DNA from: an uncultured Actinomycetota bacterium
GTDB taxonomy: Bacteria; Actinomycetota; Actinomycetes; JAFAQI01
Length of the DNA stretch: 64,000 nt
Assembly: GCA_963770565.1 (NCBI GenBank)
Contig: CAVYQE010000001.1
Coordinates: forward strand, 960,001 to 1,024,000
Direction of reading: 5' to 3'
Shown: piece after piece, positions 1 through 11,162 of the stretch
Position numbering within the stretch: position 1 is the first letter of the stretch
Layout: the number at the start of each line of letters is the position of its first letter
Notes under the pieces: generated by a model
The model's input: the letters and a program-made list of their open reading frames with translations, nothing else
Told to the model about the DNA's origin: nothing
The model's database searches: none
Program-made: the position numbers and the translations under genes

Positions 1-653
1 GGTTCGTCGTCGCCGGCTTCCTGGCGGTCGCGGTGCCGACCCGGGTCTATCGCGACGTGTTCATCAGCGGGCATGGCGGCTGGACGACGGTCGAGAACGC
101 GATCGTCGGGCCGGTCGTCGCGTTCGTCAGCTTCGTCTGCTCGATCGGCAACGTGCCGCTCGCGGCCGCGCTGTGGACCAGCGGCGTCAGTGTCGGAGGC
201 GTGGTCGCCTTCGTGTTCGCCGACCTGCTTTCCGCACCGTTGGTTGCCATTTACCGCCGGCTGTACGGCGGGCGGCAGGCGCTGGTCCTCGTCGGGCTCC
301 TTTGGGCGGTCATGAGTGTGGCCGGCCTGCTGACCGAGCTGCTCTTCCGCGGCGTGGGTCTGCTGCCCCACATTCGCCACGCCCAGCCGGTCCATACCGG
401 CTTCCGTTGGGACGCGACCAGCGTCCTCGACCTGGTCTTCCTGGTGGTGTTCGCCGTGGTCTGGTGGCTCGCCGCGCACCGTGACCCGGACGGAGACGAC
501 AACCGGTTCGCGGCCGACCCGACCTGCGGCATGCAGGTCGAGAAGGCGCATCCCGGCGCGGTCGCCGACCGCGACGGCGTGACGTCGTACTTCTGCTCCG
601 ACGGTTGCCGGGATGCCTTCGTCGCTCAAGGCACCCGGACCGAATCCGTTTAG
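1..653 (+). CDS. Predicted permease (DUF318/ArsP-like) with C-terminal YHS/TRASH metal-binding domain, 5' partial
   Basis: SFVCSIGNVPLA motif, hydrophobic helices, C-terminal DPTCGM...YFCSDGC. Confidence 0.8.
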   Translation, partial: FVVAGFLAVAVPTRVYRDVFISGHGGWTTVENAIVGPVVAFVSFVCSIGNVPLAAALWTSGVSVGGVVAFVFADLLSAPLVAIYRRLYGGRQALVLVGLLWAVMSVAGLLTELLFRGVGLLPHIRHAQPVHTGFRWDATSVLDLVFLVVFAVVWWLAAHRDPDGDDNRFAADPTCGMQVEKAHPGAVADRDGVTSYFCSDGCRDAFVAQGTRTESV

Positions 654-706
654 CGGGCCGCCGGGATGCGGGTACCGTGGACGGTGACAAGCATCAATCC
701 CAACCA

Positions 707-1064
707 GGGGGTGAACGGTTTCGACTTCGGACGTCGATTCGAGAGAAGCGGGCTGAGGATGTCGCGTGAACTCATTAACCATCGCGGCAAAAAGATAAAT
801 GCCGATAATAACCGGCTCGCTCTCGCTGCCTAACCCGTAGCGAAGCTGTCAGCCTAGGGGCGCCTCCGCCCTAGGACCTGGCATCGATAGGAGGCTCAAC
901 CGATAGGTCCGGTCACGGGATCTTGAGGGAAGCCAAACAGTGACTGGGCCTGCAGCGGGGTGCCTGTGCCACCGCTGGGGCCGAGAAAACTGCAGCAGGC
1001 TGCGCCCGGAGAAGTCTCGCTGACACGCCGAAGGACCCGGGTTCGATTCCCGGCACCTCCACCG
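707..1064 (+). ncRNA. ssrA: tmRNA
   Basis: 5' GGGGGTG pairs with CACCTCC (1054-1060) including the G3-U wobble; T-loop GGTTCGATTCC; discriminator A then CC; tag ORF 801-833 ADNNRLALAA*. Confidence 0.97.
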
Positions 1065-1076
1065 ATTCGACGGTCG
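1040..1076 (+). repeat. attL core
   Basis: GGTTCGATTCCCGGCACCTCCACCGATTCGACGGTCG, identical to 15634-15670. Confidence 0.95.
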
Positions 1077-1090
1077 TTGTCACAGCAAAA

Positions 1091-1123
1091 GCCCAGGTCA
1101 GAGGCCTAGAGCTCGACCTGGGC
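1091..1123 (+). terminator. Hairpin downstream of ssrA
   Basis: GCCCAGGTC ... GACCTGGGC inverted repeat. Confidence 0.55.
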
Positions 1124-1140
1124 CTCTGCGTTTCAAGATC

Positions 1141-1165
1141 AAAGCCCGGAAAAGCCCGAAGATCA
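1141..1165 (+). repeat. Putative integrase arm-type site (left)
   Basis: AAAGCCCGGAAAAGCCCGAAGATCA, identical copy at 15463-15487; internal AAAGCCCG tandem. Confidence 0.7.
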
Positions 1166-1261
1166 TTTAGAGAAGGGCGGCGATTAGCGGTTTTGGAGGG
1201 TCGTCGACGGCCCTCGTCGGGCAGGTTCAGACAGCTGGCACGGGCTACCTTCGTCGACAGG

Positions 1262-1290
1262 TGTATGACAATTCGTGATACATTTTCGCC
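1262..1290 (+). promoter_or_regulatory. TA operator and -10 box, probably leaderless
   Basis: Imperfect inverted repeat TGTATGAC-N5-GTGATACA overlapping TACATT, 6 nt before ATG 1291. Confidence 0.5.
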
Positions 1291-1526
1291 ATGACGGCGA
1301 TCAGTGTGCGGCTCGACGATGAGGCGCTCCGAGCTCTGAGTCAGTTGGAGGCTGCGGGTCTCAGCCGCTCGGACGCGATTCGTCGGGCGATCATCGACAC
1401 GGCGGCGAGACAGCAGCGGGGAAAAGCGCTCGCTGAGGAGGTTGCCGCGTTGGAAGCCGATGACTCGACCGGGAAGAGATGCTCGAGGTCGCCTCGCTGA
1501 TGGAGAGCATGCGTGCTTCGCGGTGA
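1291..1526 (+). pseudogene. CopG/RHH antitoxin, one frameshift near 1466
   Basis: ISVRLDDEALRAL...SRSDAIRRAI; continues DREEMLEVASLMESMRASR* in another frame, overlapping the toxin start. Confidence 0.75.
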
Positions 1527-1831
1527 CGTCTACGAGTTCCGGTTGCCTCGCGGCCGTGGACACGAACAGCGCGGTCGACGATTCGGCGTGCTGGTGCAGG
1601 CGAACGAGCTGTTCCCGCGGTCGGTAGTGCTGGTCGGCGCCGACGTCGACGAGCGCTCGGTCGGCGTCATTCCGTCCGGAGATCGAGGTCCAGGGCGAAG
1701 CGACGAAAGTGCTCGTCGAGCAGGTTGGCGCAGTGGACGTCGGTCGGCTGGGAAGCCTGGTCGGTCACGTGACGCGGGAGCAGCAGTGGGGAATCGACGA
1801 GGCATTGGTAACGGTGCTGGGTCTCCGGTGA
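1513..1831 (+). pseudogene. PemK/MazF-family toxin, frameshift near 1636
   Basis: MLRGDVY...GHEQRGRRFGVLVQ, then APTSTSA...VLVEQVGAVD...IDEAL in shifted frame. Confidence 0.8.
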
Positions 1832-1857
1832 GATCGCAGAGACTGTCCGTAGGTCGG

Positions 1858-3043
1858 TCAAGCGCGCTCTCTGCGCAACGGGACGACGCGGCGAGCGGCC
1901 TCGGCTTCGCGGGCAGCGCGGTACTGCTCCCGCCAGATGCTGTAGTCGTCGTTGGCTCGCAGATGCACATAGACCCGGTCGGTGACTGCCACCGACGCAT
2001 GCCCGAGCCAGCGACTGATGACGGATAGCGGGATGCCGTCCTCGTACCAAAGAGTCGCGGCGGTATGGCGAAGGTCGTGGACCCGCAGCCGTGGAATGCC
2101 GATGCGTCGGGCCGCCGGCTTGAGATGCCATTGATAGAAGACGTCCGGGTCGAACGGCTTCGAGGGGTCGGTGCCGTGGCCACCGACGGCGCGACCGTAG
2201 AACAGCGGTGCGTCCGGTTCGGCCGATCGTGGATGGGTGCGCACGTACTCGGCGAGATCTGCAAGCAGTTCGTCGTCAAGGATCGGAACCTCTCGACGTC
2301 CGCGGCGGCTCTTTGGAGTGCCGACGATCCACTCCTCGGTCTTGCGGTCGCGAGTCAGTGTTCGTACGACGGACACGGTGCCGCGATCGAAGTTGAGGTC
2401 GTCGATGTGTAACCCGGCGAACTCCGCCGCGCGGAGGCCGACGGCAGCGAGCAGCCGACCCGCAAGTCCGTACGGCTCCCAGCGGTCGAGCTCTGTGGCG
2501 AGGGCAGCGACGCCCCCGCGCGTCAGTGGCTGTCCCTCGAACTCGGCTTGGTCTGGCTTGGCCGGCAGGTCGACGCCGGAACAGGGGTTGGACCGGATCA
2601 TGTTGTGGCGCTTGGCGTACTTGAACGTCGCGACCAGCGGTGTGTAGACGTTGTGGACGGTTTTCGTCGCGAGACCGGAGTCCGCGAGCGAGCCGAGCCA
2701 TTCCTCGATCTCGCGTGAAGTGATCGAGCCGATCTTGCGGCTTCCCGAAGGCAGGAAGGATGCGAGTGCGCAGCAACTCCTCGTATCCCTCGGCAGTGCG
2801 GAACTTCACTCGTCGCCTGGTGATCTCGAGCCAGGCCTGCGCGATGGTCTCGAATCGTTCGCGTGAGGCCGCCTCGTCGGGCACCTCATCGCGCGCTTCT
2901 TGCGCCACTCGTTCTCGCAAGGCTCGACCGGCGGCGGTCTTACTTCGGTAGGTCCGTTGGCACTCGCGGCCGGCAGCGTCGGTCCAACACACCACGTAAG
3001 AGTCGCGGCCGTCGCCTCGCGTACGTGCTTTCAGATAAGCCAT
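1858..3043 (-). pseudogene. Tyrosine integrase, frameshift near 2745
   Basis: Catalytic R (GLRAAE), K (TPKS), HDLRH, LGHAS, Y (RVYVH); N-terminal part in ORF 2276-3049. Confidence 0.9.
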
Positions 3044-3267
3044 GGCCAAGAACCTCCGAAGTGGCTGGCAGCACTGTGCCTCGCTGCTATGAGCTGGCTG
3101 GGTCCACGCGGCCAGCGGTGATGAACGCGTCGAGGTCGTCGGTGTCGATCCGGACGTGTGCGCCTAGTTTGACGAACCTGATGCGTCGCTCGGCGATCAG
3201 CCGGCGGATGAACCTGCGGTTTGGTGGCGAGCCGTTCGGCGGCTTGGTCGACGGTCAACAGGGTCAT
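3031..3267 (-). pseudogene. Excisionase / HTH_17 DNA-binding protein, frameshifted
   Basis: MTLLTVDQAAERLAT..., then FIRRLIAERRIRFVKLGAHVRIDTDDLDAFI in shifted frame; directly upstream of the integrase. Confidence 0.8.
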
Positions 3268-3324
3268 GGCGGGCTCCTTACCTGCGGCCTCACCGGGACA
3301 TCGCCGGGAAGCAGTGGTCACATA

Positions 3325-3359
3325 ATGCGCGACCATACACCTGATATCGCGCATGGCAA
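3325..3359 (-). promoter_or_regulatory. xis-int promoter with overlapping palindromic operator
   Basis: ATGCGCGA-N14-TCGCGCAT; minus-strand TTGCCA-N16-TATGGT. Confidence 0.5.
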
Positions 3360-3397
3360 GTCCCCATATTCGCTGCGACAGATGTACGGTGACCGGG

Positions 3398-4091
3398 TGC
3401 GAACCCCTCGAAAGGCACGCCCGGACAGCCCCGGACCGACACGGTATGTAGCGGAAGGCGTGAACCTCAACGAGATCGTGGCCTACAACTTCCGGCGGGC
3501 CCGGGAGTTACGGGGCTGGACCCAGGAAGAAGCCGCGGTCGCACTCGAACCGTTCCTCGGGACCCGGCTGCGACAAGCCGCGGTGTCCTCGATCGAAGGC
3601 GCGTTCGGCGGGGACCGCCGCCGGGAGTTCGACGCCCAGGAACTGCTCGCGTTCGCGTGCGGGTTCGACCTGCCGCTGATCTGGTTCTTCCTGCCACCCC
3701 CCGAGGACCACCGCACCCTGCAAGGACCTCCGACATCGTCAGCGAGCTCTACCTGCTCGCCCTGGCCGCAACGACCAGCTCGACCTGCTCCGGGAGCGGT
3801 TCCGGGAACTCGGGCACGCCGAACCGAATGAGGACGACAAGATCCTCGAACGGGTCTACGGCCAGCCCACCGACCGCACCCTGGCGGACTACCCGACCCG
3901 ACGCAAAGGAACTGCTGCTCGCGATGCTCGACCGCCACGCCGACGACCTCGACGCCGCCGCCGACGAACTCGGCGACTTCTTCGACCATCTGCGACAGGT
4001 CGGGATCCGCGGGTTCGTCGCCGAGAAGGCCTTCGACCCCGAATACTTCCTTCCGCCGCCGAAGCGGGCGCGCAGGTCGAAGGACTCATGA
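3398..4091 (+). pseudogene. XRE-family transcriptional regulator, frameshifted
   Basis: NEIVAYNFRRARELRGWTQEEAA...AVSSIEG; divergent from xis. Confidence 0.75.
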
Positions 4092-4100
4092 CCTCTTGTC

Positions 4101-4130
4101 TGGTCGTACTGATGGTCGTACCATAGGGCG
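4101..4130 (+). promoter_or_regulatory. Second TA operator and -10 box
   Basis: Direct repeat TGGTCGTAC (4101-4109, 4113-4121) overlapping TACCAT, 6 nt before ATG 4131. Confidence 0.5.
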
Positions 4131-4438
4131 ATGGGCGTGGTGAAGCGGTCGGTGTCCTTCGACGCGGATGTCTGGGACGGTCTGGTGGCCGAGGCGGGTA
4201 GCGGTCCGGTGTCGCCGTTGGTCAACGATGCGCTCGTGCATTACCTGCGGCGGCAGCAGGGTCTCGCCGTCGTGGCGGCGTATGAGGCCGAGCACGGTGC
4301 GTTCACCGAGGAGGAACTCGCAGCGGCGGATCGCGTCCTCGACGAAGCTGGTGTCGTCGACCTCACTGCGCCGACCGCCACCACGGAGGCGGAAGCGCAC
4401 CACGCGAAGAGTGCGAGTCGGTCCGAGCCCGCACGTGA
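4131..4438 (+). CDS. Antitoxin (CopG/VapB-like), probable frameshift near the 3' end
   Basis: KRSVSFD...VSPLVNDAL...AYEAEHGAFTEEELAAA; GTGA overlap with the PIN gene. Confidence 0.65.
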
Positions 4439-4814
4439 GCGGACTGACCTACGACACCGGCGCGCTGCTGGCAGCCGAGGCCAACGATCGGCGGATGTGG
4501 GCGCTGCACCGGCGAGCTCTTGAGCGGTCGCACACGCCGACCCTGCCCGCGGCCGTCTCGCACAGGCCTGGCGCGGCGGGCCGCAGCCGCTGCTGTCGCA
4601 ACTTATCGATACCTGCGCGGTGGAAGCATTAGACGAGTCGACGGCCCGCTTAGCCGGGGCAATGCTGAGCCGAGCGAAGTCCACCGATGTCGTCGACGCG
4701 AGTGTTGTCGTCGGCGCCTTACGACGTACCGACGCGATCGTCACGAGCGACCGATCCGACATCGAGCACCTGGCCCAAGCAGTCGGCCGGCGGGTCGCCA
4801 TCATCGGCATCTGA
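4435..4814 (+). pseudogene. PIN-domain (VapC-like) toxin, frameshift near 4558
   Basis: LTYDTGALLA...DVVDASVV...IVTSDRSDI acidic PIN motifs. Confidence 0.8.
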
Positions 4815-4829
4815 CGCCGAGCCGGAGTC

Positions 4830-5035
4830 AAGACCTCGCGACACGCCCGACCGCGTGAAAATTTCTCAACGTCATGTCCGACCCACCGCACCCCATCACA
4901 CGACCACCGCCAATGACCCCCAATCACCCACACCGACCACCGCCTCCCGCCACACCCAACCGACCCCAGCACCCCGACCAACCGTCCCCACAACACCGGC
5001 AGACATGTGCATTTGCAATGCGTACGGTGCCGGTC
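4830..5035. other. Candidate oriT region
   Basis: Non-coding C/A-rich tract plus GCATTTGCAATGC palindrome directly upstream of the relaxase. Confidence 0.4.
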
Positions 5036-7812
5036 ATGTTGTCGACGTCGAAGATCGGGACCGCGTCGTGGCGGTACTACTCGAACCAGGTCGCAGCGCG
5101 GTGCGTGCGAGTACTACCTCGGGCGTCGGTGAGGCCCCTGGTCGCTGGCAAGGCCGCGGCCTCGAAGCCCTCGGTCTCGACCCGAAAGCAGTCGTCAGCG
5201 AGCGGGAGCTGGAGGCGCTGTTCGGCCGCGCGATGCACCGCAAGTCCCGTCAACGGCTCGGGAAGCGCGTGGCGCGCGGACGGGGTAACTGGTTACGACT
5301 TGTGTTTCTCCGCACCGAAGTCGGTCAGCGCGTTGTGGGCGGTCGGTGAGGGCAGCGTCCCGGCTGAGGTGATGGCGGCGCACCGCACCGCGGTGCGCAC
5401 CGCACTGGACTACCTGGACACCCACGCGGCGTTTTCCGGGTCGGCACGCAACGGACACACCCAGGTCGAGCACGGACGGGCTCGCCGCCGCTGTGTTTCC
5501 GCATCGGACGTCGCGGGCGGGGGATCCGCAGATCCACTCCCACGCGTTGGTGGTGAACAAGCTCCGCTGCGCGGATGGCGGGTGGCGCACGATCGACGGG
5601 CATGAGATCTACGCGCACAAGAAGTCCGCGGGCACGGTGTATCAGGCCGCGTTGCGGAACGAGCTGACCCGCCGGCTCAACGTGTCATAGGACGTCGGTG
5701 TCGAAGGACGGGCAGGCCGAGATCGCCGGCATGCCGACAGCAGCTGATCAAGGCGTGGTCGAAACGGGCGGTGCAGCTAGACCGGTGAGGCCGCACCCGG
5801 TGATCGCCGCCTACGAAATCGAGCTCGGGTCGGCCGCTGTCCTCAGCGGAACGCACCGCGGTGATGAAGATCGCGGTGCTGAAGACGAGACCGGGAAAGG
5901 ACCAGGTGGACATCGTGGCGCTCTGCGGATCGATGGCAGAGCCGAAGCCGCGGAGTTGGGCTGGGACGGGCTCGGGGTGCAACGCGAGATCGGTAGGGCG
6001 AGCCGGCCACCACAACGAACAGCCGCACTGGTCGAGCAGTTGGACCGCGCCGCTATCGACGCGGTCCGGGCGGCCGGGGCACGGCGAGCGGTGTTCTCCC
6101 GCTCCGATCTCGCGGCCGAGGTCGCGACCCGGCTGCCGACCGGCGGGTTCGACGCGAACCTGGTTCGGACCCTCATCGAGAAGCTGACCGACCAAGCACT
6201 GAGCACACCCGGCGCGGTCACGCTCCGCCCCGAGATCGAGGGATGTCACCGCGGCTCCGACGCCCGCTACGCCTCCCGGTCCACCTTGGATGCGGAGCTG
6301 CGGATCCTCGGAATCGCCGAGGTCGGCCGCTCTCAGGGTGTGGCAGTTGTTGACCCGAGAGAGGTCCGGGCGATCGCGCGCCGCCGTGGCCTGGACGCCT
6401 CGCAGCAGGCCGCGCTCGTCCAGGTCGCGGGCAGCGGAGATGCGGTCTCGGTGCTGGTCGCGCCGGCCGGGACCGGGAAGACCACCGCGCTCGGCGCCGC
6501 GGTCTACGCGTGGCACGCCGCCGGATACCGGATCGTCGGGCTCGGGCCGTCCGCCCGGGCCGCCGCCGAACTACGCGACGCGACGTTCGCCCCGGCCGAC
6601 ACCGTCGCGAAGTTCCTCCACGAACACCAGAAACCCCCAAGCCCGTTCGTGCTCGAGACCGGCCGGTACCGGCTGCATCCGGGGACGGTCGTGATCGTCG
6701 ACGAAGCCTCGATGCTCGCCACCACCGACCTCGACGCGCTAACCCGAGCCAGCTGGGAAGCGGGAGCGAAGCTGCTGCTGGTCGGTGACCCCGCGCAGAT
6801 CGGTGCCGTCGACGCAGCCGGCGGGATGCTCCCTGCCCTCGCCCGACGCCTAGACGCGCCGACCCTGGACACGGTGCACCGGTTCACCGAAGCCTGGGAA
6901 CGTCGCGCATCCCTACGGTTACGGGCTGGAGATCGGACGGTCATCGACGACTACATCGCGGCCGGCCGGGTCCATCACTGCCCCGATGACACCGCGGCGT
7001 ATCAGGCCGTCCTCGACAGCTACCTCGACGCGAGCACGGCAGGGCGCCGGGTGTTGATGCTCGCCCGGACCCACCACGATGTCGACACCCTCAACACCCT
7101 CGCCCGCGCGCACGCGATCGAGACCGGGCAGGTCCACGGACCGATCCTGCTCGACGGTCCGACGCAGTGGCGGGCCGGGGACCGGCTCCGCGCCACCCGC
7201 AACAACCGCACCATCACCGTCGGCGAGGACTACCTGCGCAACGGAGACCAGTTCGTTGTCCTCAATGGTGACCGCGACGGACTTCTTGTCCAGACCCTCG
7301 ACGGCAGCCGGGCGGCGACGCTACCGGCCGACTATGTGATCGCGCACACCACCTACGGGTGGGCGTCGACCATCGACGCCGCGCAAGGCGCCACCGTCGA
7401 CGACGCGGTCCTGCTCGCCCGGCCCGGCATCGACCGCGAACACCTTTACGTCGGACTCACCCGCGGGCGGAATGCCAATCATGTGGTCGTCGCCCAACCC
7501 ATCAGCGACATCGATCGCCACGGCCTACCTAAAGCCGGGGTGCCCCGGGCGGCCAGAGCAATGCTTGCCGACGCGCTCAATGCCAGCGGCCTCCAGAAAG
7601 CCGCCCACACCCGGCTACCCGAGCACCTCCAAATCGAGCCGGCGACGCCTGCAACGCGACCCCGGCCAATGGTTCGACGGCCAAGACCGGCACGAGCGCC
7701 GCTGCAACGGATCGAACGACCTCAACGCAGCATGGAACCTGACCACCACTACCGCGGACTCTCGCACGACCACGAGCTCGGCCAAGATCGAGACTTCGGC
7801 AGCGGACGATAA
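5036..7812 (+). pseudogene. mobF: MobF (TrwC-like) relaxase-helicase, several frameshifts in the relaxase domain
   Basis: WRYY, DLCFSAPKSVS, HRTSRAGDPQIHSH (HUH); helicase APAGTGKT, IVDEASM, VGDPAQ, YVGLTRGR. Confidence 0.9.
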
Positions 7813-7902
7813 CAACCAACTATTCGACGGTTCGAGTCCAACACTAATCACGCCGAGCCGGCTACTTGTTCTCGATCGTTTCGGCGTCAGGCTGGACAGG
7901 TT

Positions 7903-8352
7903 CTAGCTGCAGTCGTTCGCGAAGTCTGCGGTGACTTCGGCGTTGTTGCGCACTGACACTGTATGGCGGACGGAGGCCCAATTGGTCGCCTCGACTTGGT
8001 AGTGACCAGGTGCAATCTGGATGCTGTAGCGGTCACGCGCCGGGTCTCCCACGACAATCCGTTCGGTAGCGACGACGCGGCCACGAAAGAGGATGCGAAC
8101 GGTCGCCGGGTGCGGTGGAACCTTCGCGAGACCGGCGCATTCGTCGTCGACGCCCTGAACAGTGCCCTCGGGACCCTCGGTGTTCGGAGAGGGTGCCTCA
8201 GACGTCGCCGTTGGTTGGGCGGTGCCCACTGGGATTCGCGGTGAGCTTTGGGTCGAGATGGAATGCGAACTGGTGCAACCCACGAGGCTTGAGGCGATCA
8301 CAAGCGGCCAAATGAGCACCGCACCTCGCGTGTACATGACCCTCATAGTCAC
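7903..8352 (-). CDS. Hypothetical lipoprotein
   Basis: Hydrophobic N-terminus with lipobox LVGC, S/T/P linker, small beta-rich domain. Confidence 0.55.
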   Translation of the reverse strand: MTMRVMYTRGAVLIWPLVIASSLVGCTSSHSISTQSSPRIPVGTAQPTATSEAPSPNTEGPEGTVQGVDDECAGLAKVPPHPATVRILFRGRVVATERIVVGDPARDRYSIQIAPGHYQVEATNWASVRHTVSVRNNAEVTADFANDCS

Positions 8353-8442
8353 TTAGACCTCCTGCGTTGCGCAACGGTTCCAGCCCGAACCTATGTGACG
8401 TTCGCGCGCATTCGATCCGGCGTTGTTTGACGTCGCAGTGGC

Positions 8443-8991
8443 CTAGTGGTCTCGGCTAACTGCGATGGCCCCCGTCCAGGGTCGGTAGCGCTCACTCGCC
8501 ATGAATGTCGTCAGTGACAGTCCCTTTGCTTGCGCCCGGCGCAGTTGTGCGGGCGTCGGGACCTGACGCGTGCTGGTGAACGTTGCTCGGGCATACCAGT
8601 CGCCATGCTTGACCCATACCTCGCAAAGCTGAATCCCCGGCGTCAACCCGTCACTGTGCGGTGTGCACTCATGTCCCGAGACGTGAACGCCTGCCTTGGC
8701 GAATGCATGCATAACGTCGCTAATCAGTTCCTGTTGCGGAACATACGGGAGGAAATAGCACCCGACGAATTGGGTATCAGGATCGGAGCCCGATGGGCAC
8801 TGAGGCAGACTCGGATCGCTTGCGGCGAACGCAAAGTTGTCCGCGAGCGCGCGTGCGTCGGCACGGGCGACCGACTGTTGATGTGTCTGCCACCTCGCCC
8901 ACACCATCGGTGTCGCCACCGCGGCGATGATCAGCGCCGCCAGCCCCACGCCAAGGACACGACGCGTGCTCGACAAGCCGAAGACGGTCAT
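8443..8991 (-). CDS. Hypothetical membrane-anchored or secreted protein
   Basis: N-terminal TM helix, four Cys in the soluble part. Confidence 0.5.
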   Translation of the reverse strand: MTVFGLSSTRRVLGVGLAALIIAAVATPMVWARWQTHQQSVARADARALADNFAFAASDPSLPQCPSGSDPDTQFVGCYFLPYVPQQELISDVMHAFAKAGVHVSGHECTPHSDGLTPGIQLCEVWVKHGDWYARATFTSTRQVPTPAQLRRAQAKGLSLTTFMASERYRPWTGAIAVSRDH

Positions 8992-9112
8992 GCCTGTTCA
9001 TCGGCTGATGAGTGGCCGCGCTAAACGGCGACGCGGTGGTGCGGTCAGATGTGCCGCTCGGGAGCACAGGATCCGGCGTTACCGAGCGCGGCGTCTGAGG
9101 CATCATCGACTC

Positions 9113-9736
9113 ATGTCAGACCTTCGGAATGGGTCAGCGATTGAAACGGGCGATGCTCAGGAGCAATTGCGGGAAGCGTTGTCGGAGTTGGAAGCACTTT
9201 GGCGGGAGTACGACTTCTATATCCGCGAGATCGCCGCTCCAGGCTTGAGCGAGGATCACGTCAAGGCGGAGCTTGCCGCCGTCGGCCTTGAGCCGCTTCC
9301 GGAACTGCTCGTCTGGTGGGGATGGCACAACGGGGTCGTCGACGAGGCTCCCCGATCGACTGCCTACACCCAGTTCGGCATCCCGAATTGGTCTCAAATC
9401 TCTCTGCAGCATTCGGTCCAGATTGCCGTGGAGGAGCGGCGGACCGCGGCCGACCTCGCGGCGGAAGGCCGTTCGGTGGTCGCGGAGCTCTTGTGGCATG
9501 ACGATTGGGTGCCTGTGCTGCACGGCGGAGGACCCGAGTTGATGGTTGTTCGAGGCGCCGAGCCCCACCGCGGGACTCTCGCGGTAAGCGACCCCGAGAT
9601 GTTGGGCTCTTCGGCGGATCGGATCGATGCCTCGTCGCTCGCTGACTTGATCTCGACGTCTATCCATGACATCCGCGAAGGAAACGTCCCGGCGGAGGTC
9701 GTCCGAATGTGGCAGAACCGGCCCGGCCAACGCTGA
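9113..9736 (+). CDS. SMI1/KNR4 (SUKH)-like protein
   Basis: APGLSEDHV...LPELLVWWGWHNG...WHDDWVPV pattern. Confidence 0.65.
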   Translation: MSDLRNGSAIETGDAQEQLREALSELEALWREYDFYIREIAAPGLSEDHVKAELAAVGLEPLPELLVWWGWHNGVVDEAPRSTAYTQFGIPNWSQISLQHSVQIAVEERRTAADLAAEGRSVVAELLWHDDWVPVLHGGGPELMVVRGAEPHRGTLAVSDPEMLGSSADRIDASSLADLISTSIHDIREGNVPAEVVRMWQNRPGQR

Positions 9737-9823
9737 GCTCGAAGCGGACCTAGGTGCCACTCTGCGCACCTCGGCGGTCGTGCGCACACAACCTAACCGA
9801 CAGGCTGGCGCGTAAAAATAACT

Positions 9824-10354
9824 ATGGTGATGTCGAAGTCTGACGAGGCGGATTTCCGTGCCTACGTCGCTTCGCGCCAGCTCGCGCTACGTCGATCTGC
9901 CTTTTTGATGTGTGGCGACTGGAACGCTGCGGACGACCTTGTACAGGTCGCGCTCACCAAGCTGTTCCTGGCTTGGCATCGTGTCGATGCTGAGCAAGGG
10001 CCCGACGCTTACGCACGCCGAATCCTGGCCAACACCGTGATTGACGACCGCCGCCGCGCGTGGAGGCGAGAGTCTGCCGTTGAGTACACCGAGGACGTTC
10101 CGCATCCCTACGACGCTCACGCACAAACCGATGAACGACTCGATCTCGCCGCAGCACTCGCACGCCTGCCGACGCGCCAGCGCGTGACATTGGTTCTCCG
10201 CTTCTGGATGGACACCTCGGTCGCACAAACCGCCGAGATTCTCCAATGCTCGACCGGAACGGTAAAGAGCCAGACTGCCAGCGCACTCAACAACCTCCGC
10301 TCTCTGTTCGACCCCTCCGACCTTCCCGCCACGATCCACCAGGAGCCAACATGA
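9824..10354 (+). CDS. ECF sigma factor (SigE-type)
   Basis: ADDLVQVAL, AYARRILAN (region 2); LARLPTRQR...STGTVKSQ (region 4). Confidence 0.9.
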   Translation: MVMSKSDEADFRAYVASRQLALRRSAFLMCGDWNAADDLVQVALTKLFLAWHRVDAEQGPDAYARRILANTVIDDRRRAWRRESAVEYTEDVPHPYDAHAQTDERLDLAAALARLPTRQRVTLVLRFWMDTSVAQTAEILQCSTGTVKSQTASALNNLRSLFDPSDLPATIHQEPT

Positions 10355-10989
10355 CCGATCTCCGAGAATCCATGAGCCGCCTGCTCGAGGACGAGCCAGC
10401 CGCTCCGATGATCGCCGACCAGATCGTCGCCGACGCACGCAAGACACAGCGGCGTCGTCGTTATGTGACCGGTGCCGCATTCGCGGGAACCGTCGCCGTG
10501 GCGGTCGCGGGTGTAGCGGTGGCAGCGTCGAGCACTGGCACCAATCACGACGGCGCGCAAATCGTCATTGCAAGCAGCTCTAGCCCCAGCGCCAGTCCGG
10601 GCAACGACACGACCCCGATGGCCATCTCGATCATCGGCACGAACTCGGGCAACGTTCGGACAGAGGTCCCGCAATGCCCAAGCGGCCAGTTGCCGAACCT
10701 CAAGGTTGATCACGATCAATCGGTAAACCCGAATGCGGCCGTGCATGCTCTTTCCCCCGGCGCTCTCAAGGTCATCGACTACGGTGAACCCTCCAACGAC
10801 TACCAGCCAGCCGATCATTTCTTGGTCGATGGCGCCGCCCCGCCGACCGCTTCGGTGTGGGTCCTTGCATGGAACGCGGCGGGGCCAGCGCAGTTGTCGG
10901 TCCTCTCGACCAACGCGGGTGCCGGCGATCCATTCGGCACGAGCGGCTACAACGCCAGCTACGTCGGCTGCCTGCCAGATCCCAACTAG
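10351..10989 (+). CDS. Putative anti-sigma membrane protein
   Basis: ATGA overlap with the sigma gene; short N-terminus, RRRR, single TM, extracytoplasmic domain. Confidence 0.65.
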   Translation: MTDLRESMSRLLEDEPAAPMIADQIVADARKTQRRRRYVTGAAFAGTVAVAVAGVAVAASSTGTNHDGAQIVIASSSSPSASPGNDTTPMAISIIGTNSGNVRTEVPQCPSGQLPNLKVDHDQSVNPNAAVHALSPGALKVIDYGEPSNDYQPADHFLVDGAAPPTASVWVLAWNAAGPAQLSVLSTNAGAGDPFGTSGYNASYVGCLPDPN

Positions 10990-11162
10990 CGGTCCTGACA
11001 TGCCGGCGATCCCTCAGGACAAAGCTTTAACCGTCCATGAGTCGGATCACCGGCTTAAGTGACGCTCCTGCGCACTCGACAAGCCGCTATGACCTCACTC
11101 AGCACACGGTCGACCAGCGGCACCTTGCGGTTGCGCAGCAGGCATGCGGGTATGCATACAGC

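Noticed and set aside
913-1563. 216-aa ORF antisense to ssrA
   Set aside because: It overlaps tmRNA and the antitoxin; VEVPGIEPGS is the usual translation artefact of a tRNA-like end.
1291-7812. Programmed frameshifting as the explanation for split genes
   Set aside because: There are too many breaks across unrelated genes and no consistent slippery motif; sequencing error or decay is more parsimonious.
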